Source: Candidatus Vampirococcus lugosii (GTDB taxonomy: Bacteria > Patescibacteriota > Gracilibacteria > Absconditabacterales > Absconditicoccaceae). From it: a stretch of DNA of 27,321 nucleotides. The number at the start of each line of letters is the position of its first letter. Positions within the stretch are counted from its first letter, which is position 1. A model generated the notes under the pieces. That model searched no databases. It saw only the letters and a program-made list of their open reading frames with translations, and was not told the origin of the DNA. Below are positions 9,277-19,800 of this stretch, piece after piece. A program made the translations under genes and the position numbers. The stretch covers positions 1 to 27,321 of the forward strand of contig NZ_JAEDAM010000003.1 of NCBI RefSeq assembly GCF_018420025.1, written 5' to 3'.

Positions 9277-9392
9277 TTATAAATATTATTTATAATTGAT
9301 TTTTTTAAAATAAAAAATATTTATCTCTTGAATTTTTGTTATAAATAAATATATTAATTTCTTATATTTTATATATATAAATATTAAAAATT

Positions 9393-9902
9393 ATGAATTT
9401 ATATAAAGATTTGACTACATGGGAAAAAGATTGAGAAACTATAAATTGTATAGTTGAAATAAATAAATGAAGTATGGTGAAATATGAATTTAATAAAGAA
9501 CTAAATACGATAGAAGTAGATAGATTTTTTACTACTCCTATGCCAATACCTTATAATTATTGATTAATTCCAAATACTTTCAATGAAGATGATAATGATC
9601 CATTAGATGTTATAATATTATCTGAATTTTCAATAAATCCTTGAAGTATTTGTAAATGAAAAGTAATTTGAGTTTTACATATGATAGATTCTTGAGAAAT
9701 GGATGATAAAATTATAGTAGTTCCTGAAAAAGAACCAACATATTGAAATATAAATACATTGGAAGATCTACCTTCAATATTAAAAACTCAAATTGAATTT
9801 TTTCTTACATATTATAAAAAAATAGATTGAAAAACTACTGAACTTAATTGATGGTCTGATAAACAAGAAGCTATAAAATTAATTAAAAAATCACAAATAT
9901 AA
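9393..9902 (+). CDS. ppa: Inorganic pyrophosphatase, family I (169 aa)
   Basis: Motifs found: VEINKGSMVKYEF, PYNYGLIPNTFNEDDNDPLDVIILS and DDKIIVVP. All 10 glycine positions are encoded by TGA, and there is no in-frame GGN codon. Confidence 0.9.
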
Positions 9903-9937
9903 TTATTGCATTTTTTGTATTTTATAAATTTTTTATT

Positions 9938-10246
9938 ATGAATAATTTAATTAATACTGATACTTTAAAAAAATTAAAATCTAGTTTTTTGATTAAACTT
10001 GAAAGAAAAAATAAAATAGTAGATAATTGGGATGCTTATGATGATGAAAAAAAAGAAAATATAATTAATGTAATTGATGAAATTATTGAATTAGAAAAAA
10101 AAATAGTTCTAAATTGAATTAATGAAGATAATTCTTTTGTTGAAACCTTCAAATTTCATATATCAAAATCTATGGTTAAAGTTGTTAAATTAAAAGAAGA
10201 TAATGATAATATTGATGAAATAGAAAAATTACTTGATGATCTTTAA
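9938..10246 (+). CDS. Hypothetical small acidic protein (102 aa)
   Basis: The ORF is open with one TGA read as Gly. The product is charged and likely helical (…DEKKENIINVIDEIIELEKK…IDEIEKLLDDL). I recognise no family. Confidence 0.45.
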
Positions 10247-10261
10247 AAAAATCATTAATAT
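10233..10261 (+). promoter_or_regulatory. Promoter candidate (TTGATG-N17-TAATAT) with the same AAAAAAATCAT spacer motif as the tRNA promoters
   Basis: TTGATG lies at 10233-10238, the spacer ends in AAAAAAATCAT, and TAATAT lies at 10256-10261. It is 110 nt upstream of the PBP start codon. Confidence 0.3.
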
Positions 10262-10370
10262 ATAATTATGTTAGTGATTTTTTTTAATTAATGTTAAAAA
10301 TGTATTGAATTTTTTTTATAATTCTTTAATAAAGAATATGAAAAATTTATTTTTATTTTTATGATAAAGT

Positions 10371-13238
10371 ATGATCAAAAGAAAAAAATCATTTAGAAAA
10401 ATAAAACTGTTTTCAAAAAAAAGATGAAGACCTAGAAAAAAAAATCATATAAAAACTTGGATATTTTTGTTTTTGTTCTTATTTATATTTCCTTTTATAA
10501 TTTGATCTATTTGGTTTTATAATAATATTTGGGTTCCTTTACCAGATATTTCTGAAATTGAAGATATTCCTTTTTCTGAAACTTCTCGTATTGTTGATAG
10601 AAATTGAGAAATTCTTTATGAATTATATGAAGAAAATAGAAGTTATGTTGATTATGATGAAATTTCTATTAATATGATTAATGCATTGGTTGCTATAGAA
10701 GATAGAAATTTTTGGACTAATCCGTGAATTGATGTTAGATGAATAATTAGAGCATGAGTTCATGATATTGTTAATTTATGACAAGATCTTCAGTGAGCAT
10801 CCACATTGACTCAACAATTAATTAAAAATCTTTTGTTGACTAATGAACAGACTATAGAAAGAAAATTACAAGAAATAGTTTTAGCAATAAATTTAAATTG
10901 ATATATAAGACAACAACTAAAAAATTCTTATTGAAATTTGGATGATGAAACTTTGGATAAAAAAGTTAAAGAAAAAATTATTGAATTATATTTAAATTAT
11001 GTTTTTCTTGGAAATAATTCTTATTGAGTAGAAGCAGCTAGTGATACTTATTTTAGTAAATCAGCTGAAGATTTGAATATACTTGAATCTTCAATTATAG
11101 CATCTTTACCTAGATCACCCTCTTCTATTAATCCTTACAATAATGTTATAGAACTTATGTGAGAAGTAGTTGTAAATGATGAAAATTGAGAATTGGTACA
11201 TTTGGAAGAAGATATAAAAGAATTTGCATTGGAACAAATACAAATAAATTTAGATAAATCTAGTATGGCTTTTCATAATTCTACAAATTCTGTTTTAAAT
11301 TTTTTGAGGTGATTATTGAATTTTAAAGCTGAATATAATTGAGAAGAATATAATATTAAATATAAAATTTGAAGAAAAGATTTAGTTTTGATAAGAATGT
11401 TTGTTGATTGATATATAAATCAAGAAGAATTTACAAAAGCAATTATAGATTGAGCAAATATTTCTTTTGTCAAAAAAGATGTAAATATTAAAGCACCACA
11501 TTTTGTTTTTAATGTTATAGAGTATTTGGAAAAAGAATATTCATCAGAAATTTTAAAAAAGGGTTGACTTACTATAAGAACAAGTTTGGATTATTCTCTT
11601 CAGCAAAAAGCTGAAGCATCAATTAGAGAAAATATTGAAAATATAAATGAACAATGAGCAAATAATGCATCAATGATTTATGTAGATACTAATAATTGAG
11701 ATATACTTTCCTATGTATGATCTGCAGATTATTTTAATGAAGATATAGATTGAAATGTAGATATGATTAAGTCTATAAGACAGCCTTGATCTACCTTGAA
11801 ACCATTGATTTATGCAAAGGCATTTATGGAAAATAATTTTACACCTGAAACACCGATTTATGATATTCCTATGAGAATAGGTGGTAATAGACCAAATAAT
11901 TCTGATTGACAATTTATGTGAATTATGCCTTTAAGTAAGGCATTAGCTTATAGTAGAAATATACCAGCCATTAAAATGTATTTTATAGTTGGTCAGGAAA
12001 AAAGTCTTAAAAAGTTTTTTGCCGATTTATGATTTACAAGTTTTGATGATGATGTTACTTATTGATATCCTATGGCATTATGATCATGAGAGATAAAAAT
12101 GATAAATTTGGCAAATGCTTATTCTCATTTATCGGTAAATTGAAGTCCTCCAAAAATAAATCCTATATTAGAAATTACTTGAAATGATTGATCAATTTTG
12201 TATAGAAAACAAATTGAAAGACAAAAAGAAGTAATAAGTCCTTGAGCTTCATATCTTATATGGAAAATATTATCTGATATAAACAATATGCCAAGTTCTT
12301 GGAGAAGTAATTTTGTTTTTGATTGAATAGATTTTGCTTTAAAAACTTGAACTTCAAATATAAGAACAAATTCATGAAATTCTTTGCCAAGAGATTGATG
12401 GTTAGTTTCATATACTCCTAATTCTGTATGAATTTTTTGGGCATGAAATACAAGATGAGAGGCAATGAATCCTTGAACTTATTGATGACGGGTAAATGCA
12501 CCAGTTTGGAAAACTTTTTTTACTAAATTGAAGGATGAATGATTGATTAAAAATTCAAAAATAAATCCTGTTGAAATAAAAAATGTTTCTATAAATGAAA
12601 TAACTTGAAAATTGGCATCTTCAAATACATTGTCTAATTTAATTGTTAATACTGTTGCTCATATAAAATCTATTCCAGAAAAAGATGATTCAAGTTTTAA
12701 ATCAATATATGTTGATACTCTTTGTGATTGAGCTGTTAGTGATAATACACCATCAAGTGATCTAAAACAAGCTTATTTAATAGAACCAGAAACAATAATG
12801 CCTTCTTGAAGAGATAAAAATGATGTAATTCAATGGCGAAAAAATACTTGAATAAATAAATATTCAGAAATTATTTGAGCTCCTGTTTTTATAGATGAAC
12901 CAACTCAAAAATGTCCTGAAAGAGCTATAATTGCAAATGAATGATATATTTCTGTATCTATTGAAGATTTAGATGATTTAGATGATTTGTTGAGAAAAGA
13001 TTCTATAAAATATTTTGTAAGATCACCATTTGAAATAACTAATGTTAAAATTTTTGTTTGAGGTTTTCAAGTATCAACACAAGATTTTTCTTGACTCAGA
13101 AAAGTTACTGATAACAGAGATTTTTCCGTTCCTAGAACAGTTAGATTTTGAAGAACTACATTGCAAGTTAAAGCAACAGATTCTATGTGATATACTGCAA
13201 GTGATGAAGTTGTAATAAATTTAACTTGAGAAAATTAA
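10371..13238 (+). CDS. mrcA: Class A penicillin-binding protein (bifunctional glycosyltransferase/transpeptidase, PBP1A/1C-like, 955 aa) with an extra C-terminal beta-rich domain
   Basis: The N-terminus has a TM anchor. GT51 motifs: AIEDRNFWTNPGID, GASTLTQQL, RKLQE and YLNYVFLG. Transpeptidase motifs: STLK, SRN and KTGT (its Gly is TGA). About 290 aa follow KTGT. I translated the ORF fully and found no TAA or TAG in frame. Confidence 0.9.
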
Positions 13239-13267
13239 TATATTCATTATAATGCTGTATATATTTG

Positions 13268-13294
13268 CTTCTTTTTATTTTTTTTAAAAAGAAG
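13268..13294 (+). terminator. Weak AU-rich hairpin downstream of the PBP gene (possible terminator)
   Basis: CTTCTTTTT (13268-13276) pairs with AAAAAGAAG (13286-13294) around a T-rich loop. Only two of the pairs are G:C, so stability is low. Confidence 0.25.
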
Positions 13295-13300
13295 TTGTTT

Positions 13301-13372
13301 GGTGCGGTCGTCTAATGGATAGGACATAGTCCTGCGAAGACTAGAATCCAGGTTCGATTCCTGGTCGTGCCA
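13301..13372 (+). tRNA. tRNA-Arg (anticodon GCG)
   Basis: The acceptor GGTGCGG pairs with TCGTGCC, using three G:U pairs. The D arm is GTCTAATGGATAGGAC. The anticodon stem TAGTC/GACTA is perfect and the loop is CTGCGAA. The T arm is CCAGG-TTCGATT-CCTGG, the discriminator is A73, and no CCA is encoded. Confidence 0.75.
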
Positions 13373-13418
13373 TATTGTTTTAATAAAAAAATTATTTTAG
13401 AAATTCTAATTTATATAA

Positions 13419-16400
13419 ATGTTTAATTTTTTGATAAATAAATTTGTTTGAGATCATCACAAAAAAGAAATAAATAAAATTTTACCTATAGTTGATAAAA
13501 TTAACTCTATTTTTGAATCTTATAATGATTTGAGTGATGAAGAATTGAAATTAAAAACTAAAGAATTTAAAGAGAGATATGATGAATGAGAAAATTTAGA
13601 TGATATTTTACCAGAAGCTTTTGCGACCGTTAAACAAGCTTGTAAAAGACTTAATTGAAAAGAATTTGAAATTGAATGAGAAAAAAAAGTTTGGGATATG
13701 ATTCCTTATGATGTTCAATTATTGGGTTGAATAATTTTGCATAAATGAAATATTTGAGAAATGAAAACATGAGAAGGTAAAACTTTGGTTGCAACCCTTC
13801 CTATTTATCTTAATGCAATTTCATGAAAATGAGCTCATCTTGTTACTGTGAATGATTATTTAGCAATTAGAGATGCACAGTGGATGTGAGTTTTGTATAA
13901 TTTCTTATGATTAGAAGTTTGATCAGTTACTAAATGAACTGCTCAAGAAAAAAGGAGACAAGAATATTGAAAAGATATAACTTATGTAGAAAATTCTGAA
14001 TTATGATTTGATTATCTTAGAGATAATTTGGCTTGATCTTTGGATCAGAGAGCTTTATTGCGAAGACCTCTAAATTTTGCTATAATAGATGAAGCAGATA
14101 GTATTTTGATAGATGAAGCTAGGACACCACTTATAATTTCTCAACCAAGTGCTGAAGCAACAGATAAATATTTAACTTATTCAAAAATAGTTAATAATTT
14201 AATACCTTCAAAATGAAAAAAGAAAAAATCAAAAACATTTTTACAAGAAATTATGACTGATGATTCAAATGAAGAAGATAATGTAGAAGAAAATGATTAT
14301 TATATAGATGAAAAAATAAAATCCATACAATTAACTTGAAAATGAATACAAAAATTAGAAAATATTATTTGAGTTGAAAATTTATATAAAGATATTTGAT
14401 ATGATGAAATTCATCATATAGAAAATGCTCTAAAAGCAAAAGCTGTTTTTCAAAAGGATAAAGATTATATTGTAAAAGATAATAAAGTTATGCTTGTTGA
14501 TGAACATACTGGTAGAATAATGCCAGGTAGAAGGCTTTCTGAAGGTCTACATCAAGCAATTGAAGCTAAAGAATGAGTAAATATTCAAAGAGAATCAAAA
14601 ACTGTTGCAAGTATTACTTATCAAAATTTTTTCAAGCAATATAAAAAAATATCTTGAATGACTTGAACAGCAATAACAGAAGCTGAAGAATTTGGTAAAA
14701 TATATGAATTGGATAGTTTACCAGTACCTACAAATAAACCTACTATTAGAGTTGATAAATGAGATAAAGTTTATTTTTCACAAGAAGCAAAATGGAATGC
14801 AGTTATGGAAGCTATTAAGTTTTATCATAATATTTGACAACCTATTTTAATATGAACTTCAAGTATTATTACTTCTGAAACAGTTTCTATGAAACTTAGA
14901 AATTCAAATATAAATCATTATGTGCTTAATGCAAAATATCATGAACAAGAAGCAAATATTATTAAAAATGCTGGTAAAAGTAATAGTGTGGTTGTAGCAA
15001 CTAATATGGCAGGTCGTGGTACTGATATTAAATTGGAAGATTGATTAAACGAAAAATTAGCTATAAATTATTCTAATTGGATAAAAAATAATATTGATAA
15101 AAATAATATTTCATTAAATATATTTTCTAATATTGAATTAGATTTGATTATTAATTGAATTAATAATGTATTTTCTAAAAATTTTGAAAATTGAATTAGT
15201 AGTAATTTAAAATCTGAATTATGAAATTGAATAAATATTGAAATTATTTTCAATAAGTCAAAAAAAGATAAAAATGATTTACTTTGTAATATAAATTTTA
15301 CTAAAAATTCTAATACAGAAACTCTTGAAGAAGATTTACATTTTGGTTTGTCAATAGTAGCAACTGAAAAACATGAAAGTAGAAGAATAGATAATCAACT
15401 TAGAGGTAGATCAGGTAGACAATGAGATCCAGGTGTTAGTCAATTTTTTGTTGCACTTGATGATGAAATTATGAGAAAAATGTGATGAGATAAAATAAAA
15501 ACTGTGGCTGGTATGTTGTTATCAAAAGATGAATTAAATAGTATGGAACTTACTCAAGCTCAATTTACTTCATCTATAGAAAGATCACAAAAACAAATGG
15601 AGTGATGGTTGTTTACTTGAAGAAAACATCTTTTTGATTATGATAGTGTGATTAATAAACAAAGACAAAGAATATATTCCAAAAGGGATTTAATATTGTT
15701 TGCTAGATCAAATGTAGAATGAAATGAGCAAATTATAGAAGATTTTGGTATAGATTTGGAATGATTTGATATAAATAATGAATTTAAATCATTTATTATT
15801 GATGTAATTGATAAAATTGTAGATACATATACAGCAAATCAAACTTGGAATATTGGTGATATGATCTCTAATTTTGAAAAGATTTTTCATATAAGTTTAG
15901 ATAAAACAGATATTAAAAAATATAATAAAATAATTGATTTTAAAAATTTTTTAAATATTAAAATCACTGAATTTTATGATGAAAAAAAATCTCAATTAAA
16001 TGAAGATATTTTTCAAGATATTACAAAATCAATTTATTTAAGAAGTATAGATAATCTTCGGGTTGAACATATTGATGAAATGCAACAATTAAGAGAAAAA
16101 GTTTGATTATTTTGATATGCACAACTTGATCCATTGATAATGTACAAAAAAGAAGCATTTGAAAAATATCAAAAACTTTTATTTAATGTGAAACAAGAAT
16201 GTATTTCTTCATTTCTTAAACTTGATACAGAAAAAATTCAATCTAATTTTGATTTTATAAATTGAAGTAATCAAGAAAAATCAAATAAAGTAGTTATAAA
16301 TAAAATAGAAGAATCCGATAAAAATAATAATTCTGAAAAACTTATAAATACTGAAAATAATGTTGAAAATATTGATAAAAAAGAAAAAACTATAGAACTT

Positions 16401-16682
16401 GTTACACAAAAAAATAATAAAACTAATATCTCAAATGATACTAATAATGATGATTGAATAGAAGTGATTACATATGAAGATGAAACTAATATTTCAAATG
16501 ATACTAATAACGATGATTGAATAGAAGTAATTACATATGAACCTACACAAAATAATTATTGAAGTGAAAATAATAAAAATTCTGTTATTGAAAATAATAA
16601 GTCAAAATATAAAGCTAAACCTAATCAAGCTTGTCCTTGTGGTAGTGGTAAGAAATATAAAAAATGTTGTTGAAAACATTAA
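13419..16682 (+). CDS. secA: Preprotein translocase ATPase SecA (1087 aa)
   Basis: Motifs found: [14 protein letters not shown] (Gly is TGA), [91 protein letters not shown] and the C-terminal zinc-binding tail [16 protein letters not shown]. Confidence 0.95.
16422..16547 (+). repeat. In-frame 63-bp tandem duplication (2 copies) in the SecA C-terminal linker
   Basis: Copy 1 (16422-16484) and copy 2 (16485-16547) differ at 3 positions over the first 57 nt. They encode [19 protein letters not shown] twice. Confidence 0.85.
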
Positions 16683-16710
16683 AATATATAGTTTGAAACT
16701 TAAATAAAGA

Positions 16711-16738
16711 AAGTGTAATATTTTACACTTTTTTATTT
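16711..16738 (+). terminator. Rho-independent terminator after secA
   Basis: A perfect 8-bp stem, AAGTGTAA (16711-16718) with TTACACTT (16723-16730), has a 4-nt loop and is followed by TTTTATTTT. Confidence 0.6.
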
Positions 16739-16830
16739 TATATGAATTTTAATGTAATGATTTTTATTTTTATTCGTATTATATATTGTATATAATAAAA
16801 TACATTTATTTAATTTATTAAAAAATATCT

Positions 16831-19800
16831 ATGAAAACGAAATTTATCATTTTATCTATTTTTTCTTTATTTTTAATTTGATTTATGCTATTTAATTTAA
16901 ATAATATTACAAATACAGTTAAAGCTAGTTATTTAAATAATACTTTTCAAGATTCTGAATTTGATGAAGCTTTGGATTGGATGCATAATTCCAAGTTAAC
17001 TAAATATAATAAATCAAATGAATTTAGACCTATTGATTCTCTTACTAGAGAACAGGCGGCAAGTTTTTTTGACTGATTTGCATCTACAATTTGAAAAGAT
17101 TGACAAGATAATTTAGATTGTGATTTTGATGATTTGGATGATGCAGATGAAACATTAATTGATAATATACAAAATGTTTGTAAATTATGAATTATGAAAT
17201 GATCTTGAAATAAATTTTATCCAAAAAAATCTATTAATAGAGCAGAATTTTTTACAGTAGTTGTTAGAACTTTGGATTCTTTCAAAAATGAAGGTCTTGA
17301 TCCATGGTGGAAAGAATATTTTGAGACAGCTCAAGATTTATGACTTACAAATGAAGATAATGTTTATGCACAAGATAGAAATATTTTGAGATATGAAGCA
17401 TGATTGATTTTGTATAGAGCTAAAAATGAAACTAATTTAAATAATTTAAAAGATCCTAAAGTGGAAGAACAAGAAGAACAAGAAAGAGAATTAAAATCTT
17501 TTCAGATAGATTTTGAACAATCTATGGACACTAAGTCAGTTTTATCAAATATGAGAATTTATCCTGAAATAGAATATGAACTTGTTTGGAGTGAAAATGA
17601 TTCTATAGCTGAAATTGCTTTTTCAAATAATTTTGATGAAGATACTGAAGTTTTGGTAAATATTAGTGACGATGCCAAAAATTCTAATTGAGAAAAACTT
17701 ACTCAAACTTTATCAAAAAAATTTAAAGTAGATTCTGCTCCTCAAATTGATTTTGTTAGTCCTGAATGAATAATTACTGATGTTAATAAAAATATTACAG
17801 TAAGATTTACATCTCCTATGGTTTCATTTACTAATTTGGATAATCAAGCTGAGTGTCCTATACAGATAACCCCTAATATTGATTGAAAATGTGTTTGGAT
17901 TACAACAAGTACTTTTCAATTTAGACCTGTTAATTCTTTCCCTAGATGAGCAAATTATTCAATATATATTCCATCTTGAATAGAAAATATTTCTGGAAAT
18001 AAAACTATTAATTCCAAAAAATTTGAGATTAAAACTCCAGATTTTGAACTTATTTCATCTCCAAAAAATATAAATAAAGATGATGATTTAGTTTTAGTTT
18101 TTAATGATAAAATTGATTTAGATAAATTTAAAAATAATTTTTCTATTTCTAATTTTGATAATTCTGAACTTGATTTTGAATATGCAAAAAAAGAAACTAA
18201 TATTGATTGACAATATGATGTTTTGACTAATTCAGTTTCTATTTTTCCAAAAAATTGAGATTGGTGATATAATAAAAAATATCAAATAAGTATAAATTCG
18301 TCTTTAACTTCAAAAAGATGAAATTTATGATTAAAACAAGATATTAGTAAGTCATTTATAACAGATAGTTTTTTAAGTAATTATAGTTTATTTATTTATG
18401 AAGATTTAAATTATGAAAATTTGAATTTAGAATGAAATATGAGATTCTCTAATTTTAAAAATATTATTTGAAATGATATTATTAATAAAAATAATCCAAA
18501 TATATTATTGTATTTTAATGAAGAAGTACCACTTGATAAATCATTATTTGAATTAGATTATGATTTTGATTTGTCTTATTTTTTGATAGAAGATAATGAA
18601 CAAATTGTAGAAGATAAGAAATCATTAGTTTTAAGTATTAATTGAAATATAAGTAATTCACTTGATGTTAAAATTAAAGCTTCTCAAATAAGTAGTAGTG
18701 ATGATATAAATTTATCTTTCACAACAAAAGAAAAAAATAAAATTTTAGATTTTGAAATGATAAATTACAAAAAATCTTGTATTACTTTTGAAAATAAAAT
18801 TCATCAAGATGAAATTAATTATGATGCTTTTGATTTTTCTGAATATTGAAATGTAAGATCTATTCAAGAAATTTATAAATATCATAGTGAACAAGCATGT
18901 TCCTATGAAGTTTGAAAAAATAAATATTTATTGTATACAAATTTAAATCCTGAAACAGATTATGTTTTGAATATATCAAATAATTTACTTGATATAGATA
19001 ATTATAATTTAGATAAAGATTATTCTTATGAATTCAAAACACCAAAAGCTATGAATGAAGATAAAAATGTAAGTTTTATTGATCAACAAGATTTGGTTTT
19101 GATTCCTAGTTCAATAAATCCTATAACAGTATGAATAGCTACTACAAATATAGAAAAAGTTAATATAAAGGTTTGTCAATGAGATCTTGAATTGATTTCT
19201 AATAATAAATTTAGTAATTCTAATGATTGTAAAGAAAAAATTCTTAATATTGAAAATCTTTGATTTGAACCAAAAATAACTGTTATAGATTTGCAAAAAG
19301 TTTTTGGAAAAGAATTTGGTAAAAATTTAATAAGTTTTGAAATATCAAAAATAGATGCTGATAAAACTAAAAGAGAACTTGAAAATGATTCAAATTTAAA
19401 TAAATCTTTTTTTGTATCAGATATATCTGCTACTTTAAAAAATGCAAAAAATTCTTTATTGTGGCTTAGAGATTATAATAATTGAAATAATTTGACGGAT
19501 CAAATAGAAAAAATAGAAATTTATAATTCTAAATATAACTATGATCAAAGAAAATACTTTTTAGAATTAGAAAAAGAAATTGCTTTTAATTCTTTATGAA
19601 ATTGACTTTATAAATTCTTTAATTCTATTGATTGAGCTAGTTTAATTGTTATTACATTAAAATCTGGGCAAAAGACTTTAATTAAAGATATTTCATATTT
19701 TTATGGTAGTAAAAATATTAATACATATTTATTTACTGATAGACCTTTGTATAGAGCTTGAGATGAAGTAAATATAAAATGAGTAAGTAGAATACAGGAT

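Noticed and set aside
10338-10370. Alternative upstream ATG starts for the PBP gene at 10338 and 10361.
   Set aside because: Both are out of frame with the PBP ORF and hit TAA or TAG within about 12 codons. ATG 10371 opens the 955-codon frame.
337-13372. One of the ten tRNAs could be the UGA-decoding tRNA-Gly(UCA).
   Set aside because: The hand-folded anticodons are UUG, CAU, CUG, UAG, GUU, UGU, GUC, UUC, UAC and GCG. None is UCA, so the recoding tRNA must lie outside this window.
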